From NCBI GenBank assembly GCA_052327205.1, contig CM126210.1, positions 163,246,001 to 163,310,000 on the forward strand: 64,000 nt of DNA, given 5' to 3'. The stretch is from Somniosus microcephalus (taxonomy: Eukaryota). A model generated the notes under the pieces. That model searched no databases. It saw nothing but the letters and a program-made list of their open reading frames with translations, and had not been told where the DNA came from. Numbering within the stretch: the first letter of the stretch is position 1; each line of letters opens with the position of its first letter. The translations under genes were made by a program, and so were the position numbers. Of this stretch, positions 49,746-63,684 are shown piece by piece.

Positions 49746-52048
49746 CCAACTTTTCTCACCAGGCCATTGAGGGAACCCAACCACACATTTAAAGCTTACA
49801 TTTCACCACAACAGATGAGCTCAGTTCACATCAGTGATCACTAGGTTTTACCGTTGGTTGATTTATGGACCCACCAAAAACTCAGGCCCAGTAGTGCTTT
49901 AGGAGAACAACTGCTGCTTGGCATCCAGGAAGGAAAACTATGCCAACTTCAATTTCTTTGGCAGACAAGCAAACTGGTGAGATTCATCGCTGAACTCGGG
50001 AGAGTGCAATTATTCTGATGAAATGTCTGTCTGCTTAAAGTTGTGATGGGGACTTTCACTTAGAGAGAATTGAGGGGAGTATGTTCTTTAGGTAGAAAAT
50101 ACCTGGAGGAGGTAGTATTTTCGGCTTCAAATTTAAAACTGTTTTGTTGTATTATATTCAGATTTAATAAATGATTTCATCAGATATTAGCTTAAGAACA
50201 GCACATCCTGGGAACTAACCATGTAACTGCACATCCATGAAAACCACTGAAATTTCTTTCCAATACCAAACTTAACAAATAATTTCATTTATTAAAGTGG
50301 GATATTGGGAAATTGTTGGGGCATTCTCTCATGACTATTGGCTCGGTTAACTCAGAAATGCAAGATGTAGGTTAAATGCTGTTTCCTTGAAAAATAAATA
50401 ATTGTAAACTGTAAATATGGAAAAAACACTATGTAAATGAAACGGCTATGAAACATGTTGGATACACTGAATAAGTAAGGATGTCTAAAGTAAGCTGATG
50501 ACAAATGGGATTTGGTTGTTTTACTTTCTTTACATTTTATTAATAAATTACACAGTACATCCTGTTTGACAGTTTTGGTAATGCTTGAATGCCCTGGAAT
50601 ATTGTTCATGAGAAACATAAGGGAGTAATGTTCACTAAGGAAAGTAAGAGAAGAGCCCAGGCCCGTAATGCAGATCACCAGTAAGGAGATGAAGTAAACC
50701 AGGAAGTAGTGTATAGGTGATGCCAGGCTGTGGCTTTAAAAGTCTGAAAATTGTAGGATAAAGGAAAGATTAGGTGATGTCTGGAACTTTCAGATCATGA
50801 GAAAGAATGAGTTCGCCTCCATGACAGTGCAACGAGTCTTGCTTTCATAAAGTGTGGACACAGGTAGCAGAGCAAGATGCCAGAAGAGGAGGGAAGGGAA
50901 GAAAAATCCCTCTGAAATTGATCTGAAGGTAGACTTGCAAAACAAGTTTCACGAGTAGGGGAGAACCACAAGTGAGGAAGTTTCTATCATGCAATGTTTC
51001 TTAAAGCCTGATGACTTGCTGATTGATGCCTTCAAAAATTTGCAAGTTCAAGGTTTTAATACCATAACCAAAAAGCACAGAATACTTTTCCACAACTGCA
51101 AAAATGGTCTCGACAGGATGAATACAATGACCCAAGTGATTGCAAGGGAAAAACAAGTGAGGAATGGACAATCCACATCATCACAAATAACCTTTCAGTT
51201 GCCCTGCAATGAAATATGCACTCGCCTTTGGATAGACTATCAATATCTGTTGAGTAGCATCTTGCATTTAGATTACTGACAAGATACTGCACAAGATGAA
51301 GATGTTGGTAAGCACATACAAAATACAATGTTTCCCAAATGATTTCCTTTGTAACTTTGTTTTAAGTATATAATAATTGTAATTTAACAGTTCAATGCAA
51401 TCACTATAAAGTCTGAAATTTTAAGATAAATTCTCTTGCACCTTTCTTTAAATATTTTACAAACTATCAACCATAAAAATATAATCACTGTTGGAGACTG
51501 CATTTGTATTCATACTTTTGCATGCTAAAAATATTCTGGTTTACTTGTCTATTTCTTAATGCTACAGATGATACAAGCTTAAAATTGCAACTGATAAATC
51601 TTAGAATCTGAAAAATAAAAAAAATATTCTATTTGCAGCAATATTGAGAAGTTGGTGTGTTTACTTCCCTTCATCCGTCACCTCAGATTGATTTCTAAAA
51701 TCTTCTCCAGGAATACCTCTTCTGCCACAGGGATTTTGAGAGTTTTTCTCTCTTTCTGGTAACAGTTTATTCTGTTAGTAGCTAAATATTAAAAATAACA
51801 GACTTTCCTGTTCATGAACAATATTTGCAAATCCCCTTCCCGTTAAATATGACGAGCACTATTTAATGATTACAAATTATTAATAATTTTAAAAGATTGG
51901 CATATGAATAATTCAAATTATTTCCAATCCATTAAGCTCAAAGTTTACATTTTTCTTAAGGCAGAATCATAATTTGTGACTTTATTTTACAAATCAAAAT
52001 ACTTGCTGCATTAAATTCTCACTGAAAGAAAATGAGAAAATAGATACA

Positions 52049-52050
<2 letters not shown>

Positions 52051-52101
<51 letters not shown>
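52051..52101. repeat. (CA)25 microsatellite
   Basis: Direct reading. Confidence 0.97.
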
Positions 52102-52103
<2 letters not shown>

Positions 52104-52530
52104 CATATTGCTATTAATGTGCACAGGCACACACAAACTAAACAAACGTGCTAACAAATTTACAGAAATAATTTACTGGCTCTTTCAGTCATTACTGAAC
52201 TGAAAAATAAAGTATATTGCTATATTATATTGAATTTTGTGACTATCTATTCATTTAGTTTTTTGGAAGTTTTGCTGACCACACCGAAGAACTTAAATAC
52301 AGGTACAGTATATTAATAACAAATGATTCAGAATTTATTAGAGGTATTTGTTGACAATGAACGGCTTGTAACAAGGTGAGAAAAATCTCAAAATGAGGTG
52401 GCCGTTGTGAAAAATCTGAACTGTGTTAATTAAGCAGTAAACAACTGAACAAAATAGTGGTGTATTAATGTACCATGCCAACTAAATGGCAGGATTTGGT
52501 ATATGTCTCAAAATAACCACCAAGCCATAT

Positions 52531-52853
52531 TCACAGAATCACAGAATCCTCACAGTGCAGATAGAGGCCATTTCGGCCCATCGAGCCTGCACCGACACAT
52601 ATCCCACCCTATCCCCATAACCCCACGTATTTAATCCCCTAACACCAAGGGTCAATTTATCATAGCCAAATCAATCCAAATCAACCTAACCTGCACATCT
52701 TTGGACTGTGGGAGGAAACCGGAGCACCCGGAGGAAACCCACGCAAACACGGGGAGAATGTGCAAACTCCACACAGACAGTCGCCCGAGGCCAGATTTGA
52801 ACCCGGGTCCCTGGCGCTGTGAGGCAACAGTGCTAACCACTATGCCACCGTGC
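52531..52853 (-). mobile_element. tRNA-derived V-SINE (shark HE1-like), near full length
   Basis: A and B boxes, V-domain and a CR1-like tail (CACAGAAT)2. Highly similar to 36373-36635. Confidence 0.88.
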
Positions 52854-52942
52854 ATATTCTTGATATTAGGTGTCCTAGCAATGGGGAGAAGCGAATTGTA
52901 GGGCTAGGTGCTTATACAAAGAAGTAAAAAAAGAGGCAAGAT

Positions 52943-53376
52943 CCAGGGATGAGGGACTTCAGTTACGTGGATAGACTGGAGAAGCTGGGGTTGTTCTCCT
53001 TAGAGCAGAGAAAGCTAAGAGGAGATTTGATAGAGGTGTTTAAAATCATGAAGGATTTAGATAGAGTAAATAAAGAGAAACTGTTTCCAATGGCTTAAGG
53101 GTCGATAACAGGAAGGCAGAGATTTAAGGTGATTGGCAAAAGAACCAGAGGTGACATGAGGAAACACTTTTTACGCAATGAGTGGTTAGGATTTGGAATG
53201 CACTGCCTGATCGGGTGGTGGATACAGATTCAATAGTAGCCTTCAAAAGAGAATTGGATAAATACTTGAAGGAGAAAAAATTGCAGGGATTACGGGGAAA
53301 GAGTGGGGGAGTGGTATTAACTGGATTGCTCTTCCAAAGAGCCGCTGGGCCGAATGGCCTCCTTCTGTGCTGTACT
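52943..53376 (+). mobile_element. CR1 LINE 3' fragment
   Basis: RLEKLGLFSLEQRKLRGDLIEVFKIM, VRIWNALPDRVV...FKRELDKYLK, and tail GGGCCGAATGGCCTCCTTCTGTGCTGTA. Confidence 0.88.
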
Positions 53377-54079
53377 ATTAACTTGGGTACTGTGGTGCAC
53401 TTTCCTGCAGCCAGCTGAAGAGTGGGATTCTCAAAGGCCTGGAAGGAAAATGTCTGCTTACTGTCTTGTTTGGTAAATGGTCCAGGGATGGATTACAGAA
53501 GGGGTGTGGTAAGAAACAGATTAATGTATAAAGTCACAGAACTGAAAAAAGGCTAGTGATACTTATAAACCAAACTCAACTGTGACACAGAACTGTCATA
53601 CAGTCAAACTATTAATTAGTTGGTTGGCTTCTTTGCTAAATATAACTTTAATGTCTGGCTGGAAGGGATTTCGGCTGCATAAATTTTAGAACTGGCAGGG
53701 TAGCTCAAGGAATTTAAAGTTAAGTTTGTACTATCTAAAAGACAGACTTTTTATGGGCCATCTTTGTAAGGTTCATATTTGGAATACTATTGCATTGCCT
53801 TTTTTGGTATGTATGGAGGTAATCTTACAAAGCTGTGCTTCTGGTGAGACGCTTTGTCTATTGGAGTGCATATTGCAAAGGACAAGCATTTATTGAATGG
53901 TCAGAAATTTGTGGAAAGTGTGTGCACCTGGTGGGTGAGGCTCCCCTCCCCAAGGAACATGAGCTCATAAAATTACCCCTGTATGGGTAGAGCTAAGGAA
54001 CAGCAGAGGATACGGGACTGTAGTAGTTGTCATCTACAGACCTCCAAATAGTAGTGATGAAGGGGGGCAGGGTTACATA

Positions 54080-54835
54080 GAATGTGCAGCAAGTGTGAGA
54101 TCATTCACTTTGGGCCTAAAAAGGATAGATCAGAGTACTTTCTAAATGGTGAAAAGCAAGAAACAGTGGAGCTCCAAAGAGACTTCGGGGTCCATGTAAA
54201 TAGATAGTTAAAATGTCATGGACAGGTACAGAAAATAATCAAAAAGGCTAATGGAATGCTGACCTTTATATCTAGAGGACTATAATACAAGGGGTAGAAG
54301 TTATGCTACAGCTATACAAAGCCCCTGTTCGACCACACTTGGAGTACTGTGGTCAGTTTTAGGAAGGGTATATTTGGCCTTGGAAGGAGTGCAACGTAGA
54401 TTTACCAGAATGATACTGGAACTCAAAGGTTAAATTATAAGGAGAGGTTACACAAACTAGGGTTGTATTCCCTGGAATTTAGAAGGTTAAGGGGTGATTT
54501 GATCAACGTTTTCAAGATATTAAAGAGAACTGATAGAGTAGATAGAGAGAAACTATTTCCGCTGGTTGGGGACATAGCCTAAAAGTGAAAGCCAGGCCTT
54601 TCAGGAGTGAAGTTAGGAAACACTTCTCCACGCAAAGGGTGGTAGAAGCTTGGAACTCTTCTACAAATGGCAGTTGATGCTAGAACAATTGTTAATTTTG
54701 AGATTGATAGATTTTTGGTAACCAAAGGGATTAAGGAATATGGGGCAAAGGCAGGTATATGGAGTTAGGTCAGAGATCAGCCATGATCTCAGAGTGGTGG
54801 AACAGGCTCGAGGGGCTAAATGGCCTACTCCTGTG
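54080..54835 (+). mobile_element. Decayed CR1 LINE RT/3' fragment
   Basis: KCEIIHFG, RPHLEYC and RRLRGDL motifs. It ends in AAATGGCCTACTCCTGT. Confidence 0.85.
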
Positions 54836-55178
54836 TACATTCAGCCCAACTGGTCTATGCCGGCGTTTATGCTCCACAAGAGCCTCCTCCCACCTCTCTT
54901 CATCGAACCCCATCAGCATATCCTTCTATTCCTTTCTCCTTCATGTGCTTATCTAGCTCCCGCTTAAATGCATCTATACTATTCACTTCAACCACTTGCT
55001 GTGGTAGCAAGTTCCACATTCTCACCACTCTTTGGGTAAAGAAGTATTTCCTGAATTCCCTATTGGATTTATTGGTGACTATCTTATATTTATGGCCCCT
55101 AGATTTGGTCTCTCCCACAAGTGGAAACATCTTCTCTATGTCTACCCTATCAAACCCCTTCATAATATTAAAGACCTC
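54836..55178 (-). mobile_element. CR1 LINE 3' fragment, tail-to-tail with the previous copy
   Basis: EVFNIMKGFDRVDIEKMFPLVGETKSRGHKYKI...FFTQRVVRMWNLLP. Confidence 0.88.
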
Positions 55179-55194
55179 AGCCTTTGCTTTTCTA

Positions 55195-56098
55195 GATGTA
55201 TAAATATGGAAATCAGGGAAGCATGTAGCAAAAACAATGTGGCTATAATGGGAGATTTTAATTTTCACAGACTGGGAGAATGAGTACAGCTCAAGTAGTA
55301 AAGGCAAAGAATTTCTAGAATGTATTCAGGGCAGTTTTCTAGAACAGTGTGTTTTAGAAGCAACAAGGGAACAGGTCACACTGGATTTAGTGATGAGTAA
55401 CAAACCAGAATTAGTTAACAATCTGACAGTGAGGGTGAATCTTGCAAATAGAGACCATAATATGACTGAATTTGATATTAGGTTTGGGAGAGAGAAGGGA
55501 GAGTCACAAACCAAGGTTTTACATTTAGGAAAGGCACATTTTGGAGGAATGAGAAATAAATTAACCGCAGTAAACTGAGCTGAACTGATGATGGGTAAAC
55601 AGACAGACAAACAGTGGGAAGTATTCAAATAAATATTTGGTACAGTACATACCACTAAAAAGGCAAAGGTTCCATTTGTGTAGTTAAGCAACCTTGGTCA
55701 ACAAATGAGGTAAAAGACAGTATCAAGCCGAAAGAAAAGGCTTACACAAATGCAAGAAAAAATGGAAATCCAGCAGACTGGGAGAGCTATAAAAAGCAAC
55801 AAAAGGATACATAGAAAGTAATAAGTTCAAAAAAATGAAAAAACTTTCAAGGGATATCAAAGCTAACAGCAAAAGATTTAATAAATATATTAAGAGGAGA
55901 ATGGTAAAGGGGAATGTAGAAAAAAGATGCAGGCAAAACTATAACAAATAATAAGGAAATGGTGGACTTGTTAAATGAGTATTAGGATCTGTGAAGGAAC
56001 AAAGGGCGTTAGGTGTTCATGTAGACAAATCACTAAAAGCTAGGGCACAGGTACAAAACGTAATCAGAAACGCCAATGGAATGTTGGCCTTTATCCCA
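55195..56098 (+). mobile_element. Decayed CR1 ORF2 (APE endonuclease-linker region)
   Basis: IMGDFN, LDLVMSNKPELV and DHNMTEF motifs. Confidence 0.8.
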
Positions 56099-57995
56099 AC
56101 ATCTTAGTACAGCTTCTAGGTTTTGGTCCAGCAGCTGCAAGTGGTACTTTGACTTATCAGAGCGATTGCTGAGGATATTGACTCGCACAATATTTGGCGC
56201 TGCTTGCCCTTCGCCACGACGTGCCCCATTGGCGCTGCTAGTTATTGGCTGGGCTTGCTTTCTTCTGCTGGCCTGGAGCGGTTATTCCGATTAGTCGAGT
56301 TGACCATGATGACAACGCCCCTCTCCATGTAATGTTGATGGTGCTGCCATGGTGCTGAAGTCTGGCATTTTTACCCAAGTTACGCACCATTTTAGCAGAT
56401 AACCACCAATAAGCAGTAACCAAGCAAGTAAAGCAGACACATAAAAAAAAACACACTTGTACACTTTGGTTTTCATCTTACCAACAAATGAACAAAAACG
56501 TTAAAGTGCTTATGCATACGCCGTGCAAATATGAGTATTGAGATCGCATGCTCAAGGATGATGTCTATTACTCTCTTTTAAGTTACTAATCAGAAATGCA
56601 ATTAGCAGCATCTGGATTCCCAATTAGCCGCAAGTGGCTAATGAATTGGACAACACTGGCCTAAATGATGTGCTCAAGTTCACTGCTACACACCTCTAAA
56701 TTGTCCTGGCTCTGGGTTTTGTTGATCTAGAGGCAAGTAATTATTTGTTAATGTGGACTGCTTACACTGTAGTACCTAGCCGGAGTCCATTTTTTTGGTC
56801 AGGTTTAATTTTTGTTTAGTTTCTTATAGAGTATTAAACTAAAATAAAATCATTCTCCAGGGGAGTGAGGTACATTTTGTTAAAGTGCTGCTTTAAATGA
56901 CTAAAATAGAGTCAACAAATGACATGCCTTGCTAGAGGATTGTCTTCAATTGAGTTCAATAAAGCCTTGCACTGTACTACAGACCAACAAAGCTCAAGAA
57001 GTTGGCAGACAAAAACAGCTTGATATTTAACATGTTTGCCTTTTCCGAGTATTTTTTTTTGACAGAGGCAGCTTTCTCGAACACAGCATAAGTGGACATG
57101 GCTCGTTTCTCTCATTGCAGAAGTTTCCTTAATTTTGCAGTGTACACGTCATATAGCACTAAGTTAACAAGAAACAGAGGCTGGTAAGACTACCATTAGT
57201 ATCCACCCAGCCCTACTGGCACACAGCTGCTGCTTAGGGTGCTTGGAGGCAGGGGATTATCAGTTTTACTGATAATATTCATTTAATTAATAAGAGTATT
57301 TCCCTCAGTCTATTAGGGATGGGGGAGGGGAGGATTATAACCAAGCACTGCAATGCTTTAAAATAACACTGTAGTCTCTAAGCACTATTCAAAATGTCAC
57401 AAACTGCAAAGAATACAAACCGGCTTAATTTTATTGTACAGAGATTAGGTCTAAGATCAGATATAATGAATTCTTGGTTTTCCAATGTAGAATATACAAA
57501 AATAGGCTGGAAGTTGGATTAAAAGCAAACTTTTAAAAAAAAACTCTCTTTTAAAAGTGGACGCCTTCGCTTTTTCTGGAAACCTTACCACAGCATAAAT
57601 GTTTACAATGTACCCAGTTTCCATGGTAGAGTTCACCTGGCTGGTACTAAGCTTAGTAAATTTAAAAAAAAAAATTCTGAAAAACTCAAAGGGGCTAAAT
57701 TCGACAAGGCCTGAAAACAGGCGTGGGGATCGCGATGTGTAATCTGCCCGCGCCTGTTGAAAGTAATGCAGGCAGCACACAATATTGGTGCTGCCTGCTC
57801 ATTAACATGATTGAAGCACTGAGCCCAGCGCTGCTGGTTGGCTGAGCGCTCAGCAGGGGGGCCAATTTCACGGGAAGTGATCTCTTTTTAAAGCTAGCCT
57901 GCAGTGTGAAACGCAGTCTGCACTTCTTAAAGGGGAGGTGCTTGCTAAAATAAGCACCTCACTGTAACTGTTGCAAAGAAAAGTGGAAGGTAGCT

Positions 57996-59510
57996 ATGGC
58001 TGAACAGGGCAGAGAAAGGGTACCTAGGTTCTCCGACACATCACTAGAGGCCTCAGTACAGGGGGTCGAAAGGAGGAGACAAGTCCTCTACCTGCAGGGG
58101 GCCAGGAGGCCTTCCAGACTGAAAGGCGGCAGTGGGAGCAGATTACTGAAGCCGTCAGTGCCACCAGTCTTTTCCCCCAGGAACTGGATCCAGTGCCAAA
58201 AGATGTTTAATGACCTCACACGAGTGGTGAAGGTGAGTGAGTGCATCTTCAAATGCCATATCCCACCAACTGCACCACTAGCCTCACACACTGCTCAATG
58301 CACCATACCCTCATCACTCACCTACCAGTAATCTCTAGCAATCACGACTCATACTCACACTCAAAGTTTCACCTCACCCTCACATCTCACACTTTGTGCA
58401 CACAGTCAGCTATTCAACCATGAAAGGCATATCACCCAAACACATTGCACCACACTCTCAGACACACTTCCCTTTCTCTTACAGGCCAAGGTGGCGCATA
58501 ACTGGCGCCAGCAGCAAGCAGGCAGGCACGGCTGCATATCCTGACCCAGCTGGAGGTGACGGTGCTAGACATCATTGGAGAGAGCGTCACTGAGGCCGTG
58601 GTGATCGGCGAGGCTGAAACCATTGATGATGACGGTATGCTCATACCTAATCCTCCTTCTCACATCCCACTTCCTCCTCATTCCACAATCTCTTCTCACT
58701 TATAAGTTACAGATAATGCAAGCATGCACATCTTGCTTCTCCCCCGCACCCCCCTCACCACAACCCGACCCTTGTGCCTTTCTCCTTTCAGATACCAAAG
58801 AACTCCAACCAGCCCAGCCAGTGCAGGAAGAACAAGAGGAAAATGATGGAGAAGAAGCACCACCATCACCCGATCCGACACTCCCAGGCACCAGCTCAGA
58901 AAATGACACTGCGCGTACTTTAGAGGTAGTATAGAGACGGGATCTGCACGTGGTGAGTCACCATGCACGAATGGCCTGCAGCCAAGGCAGGGGAAAAGGT
59001 AGCGCAGGTGCCAGCTCTGCAGACGCCGAGGTTACACACAAGTTCTGCTGCAGAGGAGTCAGATGAGGACTTTGATGGGGCGGCCTTCAGAAGAAGGGTG
59101 ATGGCATGCACAGAGAAATGTTTGGTGCATTGGCAGGCTAGCCAGAGAGCCTGTTGTCACTGTCAAGGAGCATGATGGAGTCCGGCTCCAACCTTGCACA
59201 GGGCTTTGCGCAGAGCTTGGACCCCATGATTTCCAGGATGGAAGTGACAGACAACTCTATTAGAGCACTTGTGGACCCAACCATGATGCAGGATCTGATG
59301 GGTGATGTCTTGGCCTCAATTGCAGCACAAGTGGAAGCGACCCAAAGTCTGAGTGCTGCAGTGGAAGCTCAGATGGCTCTCATGCAGGCTCAGTTTGCTG
59401 CCATCGTGACTGTGTTTACCAGTGTGGAAAGGGACTTGCAGGGTCTCACAGCAGTCCAGCAATCTGTCCACCAACAGATTACTAGGATTGCTGAGGTGGA
59501 GAAGTGTTGA
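57996..59510 (+). pseudogene. Harbinger Myb/SANT-like partner gene, spliced and frameshifted
   Basis: MAEQGRERVPRFSDTSLEASVQGVERRRQVLY...WEQITEAVSA...RNWIQCQKMFNDL. Putative exons are 57996-58232, 58485-58634 and 58792-~59510, with GT-AG introns. The tail is acidic and coiled-coil-like. Confidence 0.8.
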
Positions 59511-59519
59511 GCAACGGGG

Positions 59520-60620
59520 ATCTGGGGTTTCATTCAGGGGAAGCGGAGTCTGATGATGCGCTCACAGACAGCCTGTCCAGAATGTGGATTTGCAGGCTGC
59601 CTCCTCCCTTCCTCCTACTGAGATGGTCGCGGAATCCATGGTGGCAAGGGCTGTGCCCTCATGATGGCCCAAGTTGTGGAGGATGCAGCAGACCACCACG
59701 AAATGAGACACCTGCTCCGGCGAGTACTGGAGGGCTCCTCCCGAGCAGTCAAGGCAGCGGAAGCATTGCTTGAGCACCCCGATGGTCTGCTCAATGACGT
59801 TTCTCATGGCAGCATGGCTGTCATTATGAGTGCTGGCCACAAGTGGTGGGGTTGTAAAGGGGAGCCATCAGCCAAGTGTACAGCGGATAGCCCTCGTTGC
59901 CTCGCAGCCACCCTTGGGTTCGACGTGGTAGCTGGAAGATTGCTGGCACAGCAGACTGGCGCAGGATGCAGGCATCATGACCGCTGCCAGGATACCTGGC
60001 ATTCACCATCATGATGTGCTGGGCGTGGTCTCACACCAACTTCACATTAATGAGTAACCTTTGCGGTTATGGAACATCTCAATATTGATATGCGATGTCC
60101 GCAAAGCCACCTGTATGCAGTCGATGGCGCCCTGCACCATGGGGAAGCCCAATATCCTGGCAAAGCTACGTGTGCGCTCCTCCTTAGAGAGAAGACAATG
60201 AAGTCCCCTCTCAGAGTACAGAGCCTCTGTGACCTCCCGGATGCAGCGGTGGATGATGAACTACGAGATATGTTTATGTCACCTGTTCCAGCCTGGAAGG
60301 ATCCGCTGGCCAAAAAATTCATGGCCACAGTCACCTTGAGGGCCACTGGCAGAGCCTTCGTTGCCTTGCTCTGAAGATGCAGGCCTGGTTCCAAGAGGTG
60401 GGAAGAGTTCTGTGATCACCTCTTTGGTGAAGCTGAGGTGCCAAACGCACTGCTCCTGGCTTAGATGCAGGTAGAAGTGCTCCCTGAAGACCCTAGGTGG
60501 GCAAGGCCTCCTGCTGAGAGCCCTCCTCCCCCTCCTGCTCTTCCCTCTGCGAGCAGCTTGTCTTTGCTGCCTCTTCCTTTCATGCTGCAGTGCGAGGTGG
60601 ACTGCAAATAGAGCCGCCAT
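59520..60620 (-). pseudogene. HARBI1-like DDE transposase, frameshifted
   Basis: ALPVALKVTVAMNFLASGSFQ, VNARYPGSGHDACIL, GWLRGNEGYPLYTWLMAP and HNDSHAAMRNVIEQTIGVLKQCFRCLD...CCILHNL occur in successive frames. Confidence 0.92.
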
Positions 60621-61201
60621 GACTGGGAGCAAGTGGTGTACTCAGAGGCCTTCCAGTAGCAGCCAACACCTTCTCAATGTCCAGCAGCACTCCCTGCTCA
60701 CTTTAACAACCTTTTAAATGTCTTCCAGCAAGCCAGTACTCATACAAACTCTGCAAGAGCCAGTACAAGAGAAATAATCAACTTACCTGCAAGTTGGATG
60801 TTTCCCTTTAAATTACGCTGGTGGGGTCCCTCGTGCAACTGAATGCACGTTCAGCTGTGTGTGTTTAGGAGAGGGCGTTGAATGGAGCGCGATGTCAAAA
60901 ATGGCAGGTCGTGCATCAAATCAGCATTGCACGCTGACTGGCGTCATGATCTGCATACCGCCAGCGTCTGTGCCAGAAGTGGGCAAAGCGGACGCCAATT
61001 AAAAAAAACTTTTAACTACCGGTGCTAATGTGCCGAATTCTGCAGCCAACAGGTGTGACCAAGAAACTGGAAAATATGAATTGCGAGGGAAAATATATCT
61101 TGTGAACACTTTTTTGAAATCAAACCATTTTTTCCCTATACAAAAGGCTGTAAATTCCAAAGCACATTCGCAAGTCTCAGTCTGCTAACCTATTTTCTTA
61201 C

Positions 61202-61514
61202 CTAATATATCCACATGGAATAGATGAGGGCAATTTGTAGCCAGCTCCTCGATATCTGTGTCACAAACAGATCTATTGGCTGTCAGGAAGATCTTGCGCA
61301 AGTTGGGAAGCTTGCGAGCGAGCCTCATAAAGCATCCAGTACTGCTCTGTAATGTCGGGCACCATCCAAGGTCCAGTTCTTCCAGGAGCCGACAGCCTGC
61401 TACTATAGCAGCGATGCCATTTTCTGTGATATTTTTACATCTCCAGAGATCGAGGGATCGCAGGTTTTTACACTTGGCACCGATTACGCTTGCCACAAGG
61501 TCATAGTCATCAAC
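61202..61514 (-). CDS. FBXL4: FBXL4 penultimate coding exon (leucine-rich repeats), 313 nt
   Basis: Acceptor TGTCTAG|GTT and donor TTAG|GTAAGA. It translates [34 protein letters not shown]...[16 protein letters not shown]...[17 protein letters not shown]...DIL(G). Confidence 0.95.
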
Positions 61515-63684
61515 CTAGACAGTAGAAGGCCAACAATTAACAGTGATCCAAATCTCATGCGGGTAACTGTTGTTTATGCTCTTTAGGAAGCGTGTGCTGA
61601 AAAATAAATGCATTTTCATTAAAATCAAGTCTGGGAATTTATGTAAGGGGTACGTTGGACAAATAGTATAAAACACTCCACTTTTTCCTAAGTAAAAACC
61701 CGTCTAATCAAATGGGATTTTAAACTTACTGAGAATATTCCCTCTCAGCAAGAATTTATTTACACTAAGATTTCTACTGTATGTGGACCCCCAGCTTATT
61801 CTACCAATCTGTTGTTCAGATGACAACAACAGACATAATAGTCAGGAAAGTAAAGAAAGGTCAGCTGGACATTTAAAAGACCACTAGACAGTTATTCTTA
61901 CCAGGGAAGATGATGTGTACTACCAGGCAGACTTTCAAATGGAAACAAACAAATCGCAACTCTCTAGGAAAGATATCGATTTACTTCATCTATATTACAT
62001 TCCACACAAGGTGCATGCACGGTACTCAAAAGCCAACTTTCAGATAGTGATAAAGAAGCAACCAGAGAGACTCTAACAGCGGATTATCCCTTCAAGTGTT
62101 TAAGCGAAAGTTTTTGAAAAGGATTGACAATTCTCAGCTCCACCCCCCGTCACATCACGCTCCGAATACAAGAACAAATACCTCTTTATTTACAATTATT
62201 TTATTTACATCCATTTAGCTAAGCTTAGTGAGACCAACTATTTCAGGTCTGCTGCATACTAAGCCAGTTGAGTGTTTTCTTGGGGTTACATCAGGACCCA
62301 GATGGATCCGAAGTTGCCGCCCCCATTACACCGAATGGAACTACTCCAGACACAAATGCCAGTTACATCAACTGAGCAGTTCTGCAGGGTAGGAGACCCG
62401 AAATGTCAGCACACGCCAAGAAACACGGCAGGATTTTAACAGCAGTAAGAGATATTTTTCTTCTATTTTTCTTTTCCCAAAAGAGAAACACATGGAGCAT
62501 TTTAAGCAGAAATTACTCTCCCTCCACCTCCCTTCCCCTTTAAAAAGACTGAATTTTCCATCATGCTCTTTGTCACTATGGTACGATAGAATACCATTTT
62601 AGTAAATGTGTTATTGGATATTTCAGATTTAATCCAAATAACAGGTCTACGAAATACAGAATAATGCAGTTATTAAAAAAAAACTGCAGTGCTACACAAA
62701 TTAAGTGCAAATGCTTTTCTTATACTCAAGCTTTTCTTCGCACAACCAAATTAAATGCATAATTGAAAAGCTTTGTTGTATTATACTGATCAAAAGGATC
62801 CCTTCTCAAATAATTGTACATAACGTGACACCCTAGTCACATCACAAAAGCCTCAGAATGTTTAAATATTCTTAAAAAGAGGATATCAATAATAGTTTCA
62901 TATGTCGCTATGGTTTTCACAATTATGGGGCTAATACTTTACTACTCAATAGACTTGTAATCATGCTGTGGAATACCAACGTAAAAACATTTGACGCATT
63001 TGTCTGAAATTCTTCTCTATCTGCTATTTAACAGATACATTAACCCATTTATTTTAAACAGGTTAACATCTCCACTGAACAGCAAAAAGAGGAACTTCAG
63101 TCAAATGAAGTTCTCCCTACAGAACAATTTCAAGGTCAATATCCTTTATTTTTATTAAAGCGATTTCAATTGATTTATTCATTGGTGGTAGAGGGTAGTT
63201 CAATTCCTGTTTACAGGGCTGTGGTAAAAAGTATTTTTTGTAAAAAAAAACCTCTAGATTAAAGTTCAAAATCTAAACAATTTTAGTTAAGTTAAAGTAT
63301 TTTGTTGAAAATTCTATTAAGATGAATTGATGGTAAAATGCAAATCAGATATTTTAGCCCAGGGAATTGCTGCTATTTTCAAAATCCCTGAAAATAATAT
63401 TTTACCCTAGTGAAAAGTAAAATAATTAAGTGTGAACTCATCAACCAAATAGTGTACACTTCTGACTTCATCCTGAGAGGGTTTTAATCTCAAGGTCAAC
63501 AATATTCACAGAATACTGCTGCAAGTACAAAATGTTTTGTGTTATTTTCTCCTCATGAGAAAAACCATGATAGTTCACCCACACCCATGTTTGCCTGAGT
63601 TATGAGTCTTGCATATTTCTAAAAGATCAGTGGGAGCACAGCAATAGTAAATTTAAATGTAAATCGGTCCACGCTACAAATGCC

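Larger units (their letters stand above)
57691..61047. mobile_element. Decayed near-full-length Harbinger DNA transposon in the last FBXL4 intron
   Basis: Convergent Myb/SANT gene (+) and DDE transposase (-). The ends are degraded TIR-like sequences GGGGCTAAATTCGACA (57691) and TGCCGAATTCTGCAGCC (~61031-61047). Confidence 0.85.

Noticed and set aside
56100-56705. CpG-richer segment as a MITE (likewise 41490-42000)
   Set aside because: I could not identify convincing TIRs or TSDs by eye.
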